Shown here: positions 18,288 through 28,125 of the stretch, piece by piece
Numbering within the stretch: position 1 is the stretch's first letter
How the letters are laid out: each line of letters begins with the position of its first letter
Source: Halobacteria archaeon
Lineage (GTDB): Archaea; Methanobacteriota_B; Thermococci; Methanofastidiosales; NM3
DNA length: 64,000 nt
Direction of reading: 5' to 3'
Assembly (NCBI GenBank): GCA_036733165.1
Contig: DAINBB010000002.1
Span: 8,223-72,222, forward strand
The notes under the pieces: generated by a model
The model's input: the letters and a program-made list of their open reading frames with translations, nothing else
Database searches by the model: none
Told to the model about the DNA's origin: nothing
Program-made: the position numbers and the translations under genes

Positions 18288-19404
18288 CAAACTGGTCTAT
18301 CATATCCTTTGCCTTTTCTCTTCTCTCCTGATGGCCCCGCAGGAACTCTGCAACCTTCTCCGCAAGGTATTTTTTGCAATTGCCGCACATCTCCTCTCCG
18401 CTGATGCACCTTTGCCTCCTTTTCTCCAGATCCTCGTCGTTTTCCTCGAACAGTATGTAAAGATACTGGAAGATGGTGCATATGTTAGGATTTCCGCCCT
18501 TTTCCCTTTGTTCGGCAAGGCTTTGACAACCGCCAGTGAATGCGTTCATGACCTTCTTCTTGGCCGTCTTGGGGGAATCCACGGTAAATATAGCGGTGTT
18601 CTGCTTTGAGGCCGACATCTTTGAATCAGGCCCTTCCAGCGAGGGAAGGAACATGCTCTGAATCAGGGCAGGTTTGTAATAGCCTAGTTTTTCCGCCACA
18701 TCCCTGGTGATCCTGAAGTGGGGATCCTGGTCAATGGCGCATGGGATCAGGACGGGGATGTTCTTGCCGGATTTGATCGATGGGAGGAACGCAGGGACGG
18801 ATTGCATTGAAGTGAAGAATATCAATCCAATGTTCGTTGAGTTGTCAAATCCGAACACCGCCTTGGCCGTTGAGAACGTGACCTTCTTCGCCACCCTTAT
18901 GGCGTGCCTATAGAGGGTCTTTGCGTTCTGGAGGTCTGATATTATCTTCGTCCTCTCGGGGTCGAAACCCATTGCAATGATATCTAGCGTGTTATCATAA
19001 GTGAACTGATCGACGTCCTCTATGCTGAGGTTCGGAGAGAGAACGAACTTCTCATCGTCGGTCAGCTGGAACCACAGCTCACAACCGAACCTGTCCTGCA
19101 GGTACTTTGTGAATATCCACGGGAGGACGTGACCAAGATGGGTCTGTCCGGAAGGTCCCCTGCCCGTGTATAGCGCAAAGGGGATCCCCTTCTCGTATTG
19201 GGACAGTATCCAGTCAAAGTCCCTGTGCGAGAAGAACACCTTTCTCCTAAGAAATGGGTGGACTTCCCCGACCAACCGCTCTACCTTGTCGACTATGTCC
19301 TCGGTAATGGGTTGTGTGCCGAACTGCTCAATAAGTTTGTTATAGTCGATGTCGCCTTCGACTTCCCAAGGTGTAACCTTGAAATCGGTCACTTGGATCA
19401 TCAC
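18274..19404 (-). CDS. trpS: tryptophanyl-tRNA synthetase (archaeal/eukaryotic type)
   Basis: Class I motifs HLGH and KMSAS are present (the latter in SKMSASK). 376 aa. Confidence 0.85.
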   Translation of the reverse strand: MMIQVTDFKVTPWEVEGDIDYNKLIEQFGTQPITEDIVDKVERLVGEVHPFLRRKVFFSHRDFDWILSQYEKGIPFALYTGRGPSGQTHLGHVLPWIFTKYLQDRFGCELWFQLTDDEKFVLSPNLSIEDVDQFTYDNTLDIIAMGFDPERTKIISDLQNAKTLYRHAIRVAKKVTFSTAKAVFGFDNSTNIGLIFFTSMQSVPAFLPSIKSGKNIPVLIPCAIDQDPHFRITRDVAEKLGYYKPALIQSMFLPSLEGPDSKMSASKQNTAIFTVDSPKTAKKKVMNAFTGGCQSLAEQREKGGNPNICTIFQYLYILFEENDEDLEKRRQRCISGEEMCGNCKKYLAEKVAEFLRGHQERREKAKDMIDQFVISD

Positions 19405-19540
19405 ACTGTACTATCGTTGGCCTTCTTTTTCTTGTCGCTCTTGACAGAGCTGGCAAGTCCCTTCATCGACCTTTTGTTGGTTTGTTTCTCTCTTCTCAAC
19501 TGGGTCCTCGATTTGTGTTTAAGCCCCTTCATCATAACGA

Positions 19541-19894
19541 TCACTCACCATAATATGTAATACCATCATCACAGACGCAGACAGTCTTAAAAGGTTTGTT
19601 ATTGCTGATAAGAGCCGATATCAGCGCCAGATGTTCCGATCCGCTTCCTGATGTCACGTTGACAAAGACATCCCCTAGGTCTTCCGGAAGATTTTCGATA
19701 ATGTCCATGACCTGTTGGCAGACGTCCTTCTCATCCTCTAGTAAAATCCATTCATAAGCTAAATCAGACTTGAATGTGTCCTTTGCCCAGGAATTGCCAA
19801 GCAATACTATCTTATCCCAGTCTTCACCGCTTATGCGCTTGACCTTTCCCCAAGTGCCTTTTCCCTTGCCCAAGGTAGCAATAAAAGTCCTCAT
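19541..19894 (-). CDS. hypothetical protein
   Basis: 117 aa soluble ORF with no motif I can name. Confidence 0.35.
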   Translation of the reverse strand: MRTFIATLGKGKGTWGKVKRISGEDWDKIVLLGNSWAKDTFKSDLAYEWILLEDEKDVCQQVMDIIENLPEDLGDVFVNVTSGSGSEHLALISALISNNKPFKTVCVCDDGITYYGE

Positions 19895-19981
19895 GAATTC
19901 ACCTCTCTATAAATCGATAATGGTTGTTTTTTAAGCTTTGCTATAAAGAGGCTTTAATTAAAAGAAAAAATAGAGGTTGGA

Positions 19982-20935
19982 TCACAGATTTTCAACTATT
20001 GCCGGGACACAGTCCAACGCGGTGTCCTTGAACGTCTCGGTATGGACCGTGTTGGTCACATAGACCCTGTCCTCAAATGATCTCCTGATCTTCATAAGAT
20101 TCTCTTCCCCGCCCCATACGGGCATTGCATGGGTAATCGCCGCGCCTATATCATTGGCGCCCAGTTCCTTGAGCTTTTCCCTTGTCCTTCTGAGGGTCCC
20201 CCCCGAGAGCACCATGTCATCGACGATCAGAACATCCTTTCCATCGACATCGAAAGACCCTGAAATTGTCGCCTCCACGGATGATATCCTGGACTTGGAG
20301 AACGATTTGATGCCCAGTCTGGCCGCGGCGCCTTCATCAGGACCAAGAATGACCGCACCCCCCATTTCCTCATTGGCCTTCATGAGCAGCGGGTCTATCA
20401 TGCTGATAATACCTAACTTGCCCTCTCTCTTGAGGTCCGACATCCAGCCAAGCGTTTCGGGAGGATGAGGGTCCACTATGAGCGCCCTGTCCGCCATGGA
20501 CAGTATGAGGTCCATCGCAAGCTTGGCAGAATTGACCTCTCCGGTAAGGCAGGCATGGTCCTGTTTTGCGCAAGGCATGCAGGTCAGCACCACCTCAAGG
20601 GAGCGTGGCGGATCAAGTTCCTCATAGGAGTACTGTTTATGCCCAGTCTGGGAAACCTTTTGGGCGTTCCTTAGTATCGACAAGAACTGCAGTAGCTCAA
20701 AGATCCTGTCCTGAGTATTGTACCAAACACCGTCAAGCTGGGACAGCGTAGCGCTTTGAACCACGACAACGTCCTCTCCTGAGAGTTCCTCCACAGGCAA
20801 GCGGGCGTATATGTCCGAGTTCATGAAGAATCTCTTCCCATCATAGTTGTCAAACGAGACAAAGGTATCGTGATCAAGTTGCCTAAAGCTCTCTTCCAAA
20901 TGTTGTGCACCTGTGCATAAGACTATCTTTTTCAT
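19982..20935 (-). CDS. prs: ribose-phosphate pyrophosphokinase (PRPP synthetase)
   Basis: PRPP-binding loop DVLIVDDMVLSGGTLRRT and type I PRTase fold layout. Confidence 0.6.
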   Translation of the reverse strand: MKKIVLCTGAQHLEESFRQLDHDTFVSFDNYDGKRFFMNSDIYARLPVEELSGEDVVVVQSATLSQLDGVWYNTQDRIFELLQFLSILRNAQKVSQTGHKQYSYEELDPPRSLEVVLTCMPCAKQDHACLTGEVNSAKLAMDLILSMADRALIVDPHPPETLGWMSDLKREGKLGIISMIDPLLMKANEEMGGAVILGPDEGAAARLGIKSFSKSRISSVEATISGSFDVDGKDVLIVDDMVLSGGTLRRTREKLKELGANDIGAAITHAMPVWGGEENLMKIRRSFEDRVYVTNTVHTETFKDTALDCVPAIVENL

Positions 20936-20966
20936 AGTATCCCCGGGTCCTTTCAGAAAAGTTTGA

Positions 20967-21194
20967 TCATATGGAGATCATAGTCGAGGTCATCTGAACA
21001 GATTTTATTGAACGAATCTTTTCGGTGATGAACTTATCGAGATTTGCCAATTCATTTACATGAACCTTGGCTATGACGTCATACTCGCCATATACCACAT
21101 ATGCCTCTTCAATTTCGTCAAACTTCTCCAGTTTGTTTACAACGTCCCTTTCCATTCCCGCATCTGTGACGCAGAGTACAAATGCCACGACCAT
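20967..21194 (-). CDS. stand-alone Lrp/AsnC ligand-binding (RAM) domain protein
   Basis: 75 aa with a ...YVVYGEYDVIAKVHV... pattern of the AsnC C-terminal domain, and no HTH. Confidence 0.55.
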   Translation of the reverse strand: MVVAFVLCVTDAGMERDVVNKLEKFDEIEEAYVVYGEYDVIAKVHVNELANLDKFITEKIRSIKSVQMTSTMISI

Positions 21195-21459
21195 TGCAGT
21201 TCACCTATTGATGAATTATCTCAATATCAATATAAATTTTTCCAAAAACTGTCCAAATGGTAATATGATGAAATCTAATTCAACTACGGATTTCTTTGAC
21301 AATGATTGCTATTTCGATAATCCGGCATTGAAATCATGTGAATTTATGTTTTTTAATTAAAAAGATACGATTAATTTTTATCAACAAACTAATCGGGCCT
21401 GGGGGTAAAACATTACGATGAGGTGTCCTATGACAGGGGGCATTGATAGGGAAACAACA

Positions 21460-22251
21460 TTAGATACCCCCCCTTTCTCTCTTATCCTTTCTGGAGGCCG
21501 TGAAGTATATTGCTCCGTCCCCACTCCTGTCCTTTATCTTCAAATTCCCCCATATGCCAATGTCCTCACCCATCAGGGCGACGACGCCTATGACGCCGGG
21601 GATGTCCTTGGCACTCCTTATCGCCATCTCAATGTCCTGAGGACATTTTATCATGTTGCATATAGACGTGGCCAAGGCATCGGCCAATATCGCAGAACTA
21701 GATAGGACGGTAACGGCATCGGCATTCCCATAGCTGAGGGAATGCCCGATTGTTCCGGAGGATGTGCAAATGCCCAACGGCGTTGTCTTGGGGTCTATGG
21801 TAAAGAAGACGCGGTTGCTGAACGACGAATCACCCGCGAATGTGCCGACAGTCCTCTCCTTTACTATCCGTAGGAATATGTCGCCACCGTTCTCGATTAT
21901 GACCTCTTCACACCCCTTGAGCAGTTCCTTGCCCACATATTCTGCAATGGCGCCGGCCACAGATGCCATTGGGCCCACCCCTGCCACAAAGGATGCCTGT
22001 ATCATCGACATCACTATGTCGGTCGGGTGGTCATCTGGAGTGAATGGAACAAGTGTCTTCCCAAACTCGGGATTCTTTGCAATATATCTTATTATTTCGT
22101 CACGATATTCCTTGGTACACTGGTAGGCCTTGGTCGCCAGCATCTTATCAGACCTGATGTATAGGTCACTTTCATCTACGACCACGCTATAGTTGAAAAG
22201 GTCTGTATTGTATTGTCTTCTATAATCCCGGGGATAGTCTTTCTTTTTCAA
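21460..22251 (-). CDS. UPF0280 / ApbE-like family protein
   Basis: 263 aa with a GPMASVAGAIAEYVG motif typical of the UPF0280 archaeal family. Confidence 0.55.
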   Translation of the reverse strand: MKKKDYPRDYRRQYNTDLFNYSVVVDESDLYIRSDKMLATKAYQCTKEYRDEIIRYIAKNPEFGKTLVPFTPDDHPTDIVMSMIQASFVAGVGPMASVAGAIAEYVGKELLKGCEEVIIENGGDIFLRIVKERTVGTFAGDSSFSNRVFFTIDPKTTPLGICTSSGTIGHSLSYGNADAVTVLSSSAILADALATSICNMIKCPQDIEMAIRSAKDIPGVIGVVALMGEDIGIWGNLKIKDRSGDGAIYFTASRKDKRERGGI

Positions 22252-22260
22252 GACCCTTAC

Positions 22261-22674
22261 CTAATAATTTAATGATAAGGCGTTTACAGGGCACACCTTT
22301 GCACACTTGCCGCACGCGACGCACTTGTTGAAATCTATGTGCAGCTCGAAGTCGTCGCGATCTATAGAGATGGCCTGGTAGGGACAGGCTGAGATACATG
22401 CTCCACAATCCTCACAGAGGTCCTTTGCCCATACGAGGTCATCGTCGAGAGATGATACAAGGACTCCGTTGTTTTTGGCTTCCTCGATGCCCTTCTCTAT
22501 CTTGTCCTCATCCCCATAGAACTCCAATATGAGTTTTCCGCCTACATTGGGTTCTATCTTGGCCCTAAGGACATTGAACCAGAAATCAAAGCCCTTTACC
22601 AGTCTGTTGAAAACAAAAAGGCCTAAGATCCCTGGAGGGAACGTGAAAATGTATTTCTTTCTCATCTTTCGCAC
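22261..22674 (-). CDS. NIL-domain protein fused to a 4Fe-4S ferredoxin
   Basis: N-terminal NIL-like region followed by CEDCGACISACP and CVACGKCAKVCP motifs. Confidence 0.5.
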   Translation of the reverse strand: MRKMRKKYIFTFPPGILGLFVFNRLVKGFDFWFNVLRAKIEPNVGGKLILEFYGDEDKIEKGIEEAKNNGVLVSSLDDDLVWAKDLCEDCGACISACPYQAISIDRDDFELHIDFNKCVACGKCAKVCPVNALSLNY

Positions 22675-22803
22675 CGTTTTTTATAGCACTAATATGATAA
22701 TGAAATGCTCATTTATAATCTTTCTTCCGGGACCAAGAGGTCTGTCGATTGTATTAATCCCCCCAGGAATAATATAAATAATCAACAAATTATATTGATA
22801 GGT

Positions 22804-23280
22804 ATGACAAGCCAGGTTGCCACATTCGCTGCAGGATGCTTTTGGGGTGTTGAAGCGTCTTTCATGAAGATACATGGGGTCATATCAACCACGGTGGGAT
22901 ACACTGGAGGGTGTACGGAAAATCCCACATATGAGGAAGTGTGCACAGACAGGACAGGACATGCAGAATCCGTTCAAGTGGTCTTCGATCCAGAAAAGGT
23001 CAGCTATGATGGGCTACTTGATGTGTTCTGGAGTTCCCACGACCCTACAACAAGGAACAGGCAGGGGCCAGACGAGGGAACACAGTACAGGTCAGTGATA
23101 TTCTATCATGACGAGGAGCAAAGGAAAGCTGCCATCAGGTCGAAGGAGATGATAGAGACCAAGAAAGGCCTCAAAGGCAGGATAGTTACGGAGATAGTGC
23201 CCCTCAAAAAGTTTTATCGTGCGGAGGATTATCATCAAAAATATTTTGAGAGGAGGGGTATCGACTCCTGTGGGATATGA
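22804..23280 (+). CDS. msrA: peptide methionine sulfoxide reductase MsrA
   Basis: The GCFWGVE active-site motif follows the Met at 22804. Confidence 0.8.
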   Translation: MTSQVATFAAGCFWGVEASFMKIHGVISTTVGYTGGCTENPTYEEVCTDRTGHAESVQVVFDPEKVSYDGLLDVFWSSHDPTTRNRQGPDEGTQYRSVIFYHDEEQRKAAIRSKEMIETKKGLKGRIVTEIVPLKKFYRAEDYHQKYFERRGIDSCGI

Positions 23281-23307
23281 AACTTGAAAAATAAACCCTC
23301 AGGCAGC

Positions 23308-24201
23308 CTACAAGGACGCCCTCAGGACATCCGCCCTGCGCCTTATCTCCTTCTCGTCTATCGGGAAATGGGGACCTATGTTCTCCACTACGATCGAAGA
23401 TGTGCAAGTAGCGAACAGAGCGGCCTCGAAAAGGTCTTTATTGTTCCCCTGCTCAAAGATGAATCCGCCCATGTAGGTGTCCCCGGCGCCGGTGGGGTCC
23501 TTCGCAAAGGTCTTGTATGCAGGGAGCTGTATCCTCTCGGACCCGTCGTAGATAACCGAACCATGTTCGCCCAACGTGACGATGACTATATCGGGGCCCC
23601 ATGAATACAGGGTCTCACAGACCTTTCCTATATCATCATATGGGTCATAGCCCGTCATTATCTTGGCCTCGTACTCGTTTGGCTTGACTATATCTATGTT
23701 GCCGACAACATCCTTGATCTGGGGATTTTCTGTCCTGACGGCCTTGCCGTCCTGTATCTTCCTGACAAATCCTTGGGGATCCAAGAACAGTTTTGCATCG
23801 GTCCTGGACCTGATGTCCGCAAGAAGCTCCAAGGATATCTCACCAAGTATCGGGCCTACAACAATATAACTTGCATCGAGATATTTTTCGGGGAAGTATG
23901 TTATGGGGTCGGCCACCCCGAGGAGATTCAGCTTTCTATCGCCGGATTCGTAATATTCCAGATGGAATCCCCCTGTTTCCCTGCTATCCTGTATCTCATG
24001 ATCTATTCCAAAATGGTCAAGGTCGCCGACGAACTTGTCCCTGAAGTCCTCGCCGACACTGCCAGATATTGAGCACTTCCTTCCAAGCATCGAGAGCACT
24101 ATACAGGCGTTTGTAGAACAGCCTGACAAAACTCGCCCGCCAGTATCTAGATAGGGGGTCACTATTATGTCATAAACCGGATTTCCAATAGCAGATATCA
24201 T
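23308..24201 (-). CDS. PfkB-family carbohydrate/nucleoside kinase
   Basis: DPTGAGDTYMGGF anion-hole motif near the C-terminus. 297 aa. Confidence 0.65.
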   Translation of the reverse strand: MISAIGNPVYDIIVTPYLDTGGRVLSGCSTNACIVLSMLGRKCSISGSVGEDFRDKFVGDLDHFGIDHEIQDSRETGGFHLEYYESGDRKLNLLGVADPITYFPEKYLDASYIVVGPILGEISLELLADIRSRTDAKLFLDPQGFVRKIQDGKAVRTENPQIKDVVGNIDIVKPNEYEAKIMTGYDPYDDIGKVCETLYSWGPDIVIVTLGEHGSVIYDGSERIQLPAYKTFAKDPTGAGDTYMGGFIFEQGNNKDLFEAALFATCTSSIVVENIGPHFPIDEKEIRRRADVLRASL

Positions 24202-24782
24202 TTATTAACCTCTAACTGTCTCTTCGCATAATGCAACCTTTGAATAACGGTTATGTGAGAAAGGGCTCCGACCAGCAGCAAGGCATAATCAATGGATGAT
24301 GCATACCATTTGAACAGAATACATCCCGCCATTATTATCAGCAACTTTTCCGCCCGGTCCATGAGTCCGATGTCACATTTCTCCGCCCCTTCCGATTCGG
24401 CCTTGGCACGGACATATGATGCCATTATCATGCCGGAAATGGCAACGAATCCGCTCAGGGGCCTGGCCAATCCTCCAGATACCAGTCCCGCGATCATTAT
24501 GAACTCCACATAACGGTCCACGCTATGATCAAATACCTTCCCAAACACAGTGACATTTCCGGTGGCCCTGGCCACATTTCCGTCGATAACGTCCACTAGG
24601 GCCGAGATGACTATGAATATAAGGCCCCATACAACATTGCCGACATAGAAGAAGTAACCCATGATAAGTGCCGGTATCAGGGAAATCGCCGTGAAGACGT
24701 TTGGTGAGAGGCCTGTGCGTGCCATGGCCCTTCCCAGCCCAGAGAATATCGTCTGGTATTTTTCCCTATATCTGGCAAGCAT
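24198..24782 (-). CDS. CDP-alcohol phosphatidyltransferase (possibly archaetidylinositol-phosphate synthase)
   Basis: Membrane protein with D..AR....G...D...D-type motifs (DGNVARATGNVTVFGKVFDHSVDR). Start placed at the internal Met (MLARYREK) so it does not overlap the NUDIX gene. Confidence 0.6.
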   Translation of the reverse strand: MLARYREKYQTIFSGLGRAMARTGLSPNVFTAISLIPALIMGYFFYVGNVVWGLIFIVISALVDVIDGNVARATGNVTVFGKVFDHSVDRYVEFIMIAGLVSGGLARPLSGFVAISGMIMASYVRAKAESEGAEKCDIGLMDRAEKLLIIMAGCILFKWYASSIDYALLLVGALSHITVIQRLHYAKRQLEVNK

Positions 24783-24796
24783 GAGTAATCGTCTCT

Positions 24797-25234
24797 TTAT
24801 TTTACAATCGTAAAATATCCAGAACCGTTTAAATGTTTTTTGCCATCCTTGATAATCCTCATGTGATCGAAGGCCACGAACTCTGGTAACTTGTCCAAGG
24901 GAAATGCCTTCACGTCCGAAGCATCGCTGCCGGCCAGGTAATTTTCCAATGTGTGATTGCACAGGTAGGCGCAAGAGACCACATGTTCCCTCGGATCCCT
25001 TTGTGGGTCGGAGTATACCCCGATCAGCACGGTGGCGAACACCACCAGTCCGGTCTCCTCCTTTATTTCCCTTATCAGGGCCTGTTCGGTGGTCTCGCCA
25101 TATTCAACGAACCCTCCGGGCAATGCCCAATAAGAGGCAAAGGGGGGATTCTTTCTTCTTACCAACAATATGTTCCTGCCATCCGTCAAGAACCCGTCCA
25201 CTGCCAGAGATGGCCCCTTCTTCCTTGTCATCAA
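24797..25234 (-). CDS. NUDIX hydrolase
   Basis: Nudix box GGFVEYGETTEQALIREIKEETGL. Confidence 0.7.
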   Translation of the reverse strand: MMTRKKGPSLAVDGFLTDGRNILLVRRKNPPFASYWALPGGFVEYGETTEQALIREIKEETGLVVFATVLIGVYSDPQRDPREHVVSCAYLCNHTLENYLAGSDASDVKAFPLDKLPEFVAFDHMRIIKDGKKHLNGSGYFTIVK

Positions 25235-25776
25235 AGGACGCCCCTAAAGAAAAGAGTTATCTTTCCAACTTCGGGAAGTATCCCGCTTACCTTCCCGATG
25301 ACATAGGATTCATGAACACCGGAAATTCCATTTGTCTGAAAATTGTCCGCGATGGGATTATAATCACCCTTGGTCACAAAATATTTCTCCCCACCATATG
25401 TGTTGATGGAGACCACCCTGTGCACAATAGGTATGGTATCGTCACCTCTACTGAAGACTATGACATCCCCCACCTCGATATCGGCGGTATCTACATCCGT
25501 TATGAACAATATGTCTCCTTTCTCAAATCCATCGCTGTATCCATAACTCAGGAAGTCCTCCTTTGAGATGCCATATTCCAAATACTCATCATATTTTAAT
25601 TCCCACCACTGGTCAAAATCGTATCCGCGATGGTCCATGCTGCCGGATATCACAACAGACACTGGATCATCCACGCCCGTGGCGACCACCAAGGATATTT
25701 GTATTATAAAATAGAGTATTATCGCCATCAAAATGCCTTTGATGATCTCCTTGGACTCCTTCCTAATGTCCGACAT
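25231..25776 (-). CDS. signal peptidase I (archaeal Sec11 type)
   Basis: N-terminal TM helix and a VISGSMDH catalytic-Ser motif. Confidence 0.6.
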   Translation of the reverse strand: MSDIRKESKEIIKGILMAIILYFIIQISLVVATGVDDPVSVVISGSMDHRGYDFDQWWELKYDEYLEYGISKEDFLSYGYSDGFEKGDILFITDVDTADIEVGDVIVFSRGDDTIPIVHRVVSINTYGGEKYFVTKGDYNPIADNFQTNGISGVHESYVIGKVSGILPEVGKITLFFRGVL

Positions 25777-25825
25777 TATATGCTAGCAGTAGCATTGCCT
25801 AATTAATAAGTTTCGGTTATGTGGA

Positions 25826-26389
25826 CTATCTCTTGGAGGCCTCCCCCCTGGATATTCCAGAGGCGATTATGTGACTGACCCTCAAAGGTTCGGGTATGTT
25901 GGAATGAGTGCTGGTCTTCCGTATGACCTTGCGGGCCAAATCCTCGCTGATGCCATGGACCTGGAAATAGATGCCGTTTTCCCCCATGTAGACCTCGCCG
26001 GCACGTTCCATGCACCGTATCCTCTCCTCATGGCCATGGACGTTCTTCACGGCATTGACGATATCCTCAAGATCAGGCTTTCTTTCTATGACAACCACTA
26101 CAGGGAGTCCCGTCTCCTTCGATAGTCTTTCTATGTCCACCACGTTGAATCCACCAAATGTTACACCAGATAGCATTATGATCCTTAGGTCCTTGTACTT
26201 GCATCCTGTGATCATTTCAATGAGGTTGTCGGTGGCGTCCATTCCATCGATCTTGATATAAGTTGAGACCAGGCCGTCTATCCAATATCCCCCCCGGAAT
26301 ATGACACCTATGATGATGGTCTCGTCATCATCCTTGTTGAACGACCCGTCATCTATGCCCATTATCCTGGTCTCGGGTTTTAGCCGCAT
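25826..26389 (-). CDS. DUF99 / UPF0215 family protein (endonuclease V-like fold)
   Basis: RIMGIDDGSF N-terminus and overall UPF0215 pattern. Confidence 0.55.
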   Translation of the reverse strand: MRLKPETRIMGIDDGSFNKDDDETIIIGVIFRGGYWIDGLVSTYIKIDGMDATDNLIEMITGCKYKDLRIIMLSGVTFGGFNVVDIERLSKETGLPVVVVIERKPDLEDIVNAVKNVHGHEERIRCMERAGEVYMGENGIYFQVHGISEDLARKVIRKTSTHSNIPEPLRVSHIIASGISRGEASKR

Positions 26390-26452
26390 AAGACAATTTC
26401 AATAAGAAGGTTATTAATATATCTCATTGGATTGCATTCTGTGGTGTGACTA

Positions 26453-27049
26453 TTGTACGAAAAAAAGGATGCATACTACAGGAAATCCAAAGAAGAGGGT
26501 TACAGGGCGCGGTCCGCCTACAAGTTAAAACAGATCAATAATAAATTCAGGATAATCAAGAAAGGTTCTACGGTCCTGGACATCGGCGCCTCCCCGGGCG
26601 GATGGTCGCAGGTCGCCAGTTCCATTGTCGGTCCCGAAGGGAGGGTGATAGCCGTGGACAAGGAATGGATGGACCCCCTCAAAAACGAGAACTTTACATT
26701 CATCCAGGGGGACATCACGGATGAGTCCACCATCGATAACATAATCGGCAATGTTGGCAATATAGATGCGCTCATATCTGATATAGCACCAAAGACAACA
26801 GGTATAATAGACATAGACAGGTCAAGGTCGGCAATCCTGTCCATGATGGCCCTGGACATCGGGAAAAGGTTGTTGAAACCCAAAGGCAATTTCCTTACAA
26901 AGGTGTTCCAAAGCCAGGAAAGCGAGGAACTGTTCTCCGAGATGAAAAACTGTTTCTCATATACGAAAAGGTTCAGGCCTCCCTCTACCAGAAAGAGAAG
27001 TTCAGAGATCTATCTGATCGGCAAAAACTACTTTGAAGAGAATATATGA
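26453..27049 (+). CDS. rlmE: 23S rRNA (uridine-2'-O)-methyltransferase RlmE/FtsJ
   Basis: YRARSAYKLKQIN and VLDIGASPGGWSQV SAM-binding motifs. Confidence 0.8.
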   Translation: MYEKKDAYYRKSKEEGYRARSAYKLKQINNKFRIIKKGSTVLDIGASPGGWSQVASSIVGPEGRVIAVDKEWMDPLKNENFTFIQGDITDESTIDNIIGNVGNIDALISDIAPKTTGIIDIDRSRSAILSMMALDIGKRLLKPKGNFLTKVFQSQESEELFSEMKNCFSYTKRFRPPSTRKRSSEIYLIGKNYFEENI

Positions 27050-28116
27050 ACCAGTTCTTCATGACTGGCATCCGTTTTAAATCCCGTAGGTTTGAAATGT
27101 GTCCTTGAAGCCTCAAATCCATTATCTATGATCTTTTCCAATATCGCGTTCATTGCCGGCACATGTATTTTCAAATGTGAAAACAGGTTATGCGAATCCC
27201 AGAAGAATGGAACATCCACTTCCTCCATGAGAAGTGAGATAAAGGAACGGACCCTCGTCTCATCGTGCAACGCCGCCGTTTCCAAAGAGCCCAACATGCC
27301 GCATAGGGCCTCTTTGTCATTTATCCTGCCCCCCCATACGGGATGGGCAGCCCTTAGCTTCCCCCCACAGCCGCATTCGCATTGTATCCTACTGCTGAAA
27401 AATCTGTTCAAACATTTGTCACAATAATAAATAAACCCCAGATTGGCTATTGAAGTGTCTGCCCTTTGTTTTCCTTTCTCTAGGTCTATGTGCGTCCTCA
27501 TATAATGGTCTTTGAAAAAAGAGACCCTTGGAACGATGCCATAGTCCCACGATGCGGCCTGCCTCGCAATGTATCCTATAAGTATCCTGAGCCCAATTTC
27601 ATGGCAAAAACCGGTCATGAGGGGGTGGGCGGAATATTTTCTCAGGCAAGCCTTTTTTGAGGATCCACAAAGGGCTGCCGTGTCGGTGGCGGTCACAAGA
27701 AGCGTTCCTGTCTTCCCAAACATACCGAATGCGGGATGAACATATCTAACCGGCGCCCCAAAGGGATCTATATCTATTATGTCATATTTACCTTTGATCA
27801 AGTTGAAATCCATGTTGAGAGATTTGATGTCGACCTTGTTGAGTGAGGAATTCCTCTTGATCAGTTCATATGCCTTAGGATTGATATCGTTGGCTGTGAC
27901 ATTTGTAAAACCGCTCAGGGCGTATCTTATAGGACGTATTCCAGTTCCCGCCATGCCACAGAGTATCGAAGAATCAAATGATTTTTGCATTATATATAGT
28001 AAAGATATGTCCCTATTGAAACTCATTAAAGGGTTATAAAAAACTTCATTTCTAGAGGTCACTTTTTCATAGTCTGGAACAAAGAAATTTACATTAGACT
28101 CTGAAACATCTGCCAC
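27028..28116 (-). CDS. trm1: tRNA (guanine26-N2)-dimethyltransferase Trm1
   Basis: FYNPLMSFNRDIS and ALSGFTNVTANDIN motifs. C-terminal Cys cluster (CDKCLNRF...CECGCGG). Confidence 0.8.
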   Translation of the reverse strand: MADVSESNVNFFVPDYEKVTSRNEVFYNPLMSFNRDISLLYIMQKSFDSSILCGMAGTGIRPIRYALSGFTNVTANDINPKAYELIKRNSSLNKVDIKSLNMDFNLIKGKYDIIDIDPFGAPVRYVHPAFGMFGKTGTLLVTATDTAALCGSSKKACLRKYSAHPLMTGFCHEIGLRILIGYIARQAASWDYGIVPRVSFFKDHYMRTHIDLEKGKQRADTSIANLGFIYYCDKCLNRFFSSRIQCECGCGGKLRAAHPVWGGRINDKEALCGMLGSLETAALHDETRVRSFISLLMEEVDVPFFWDSHNLFSHLKIHVPAMNAILEKIIDNGFEASRTHFKPTGFKTDASHEELVHIFSSK

Positions 28117-28125
28117 ATGAATCCC

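Noticed and set aside
19198-19560. 120 aa + strand ORF
   Set aside because: It lies mostly antisense inside the well-supported trpS gene.
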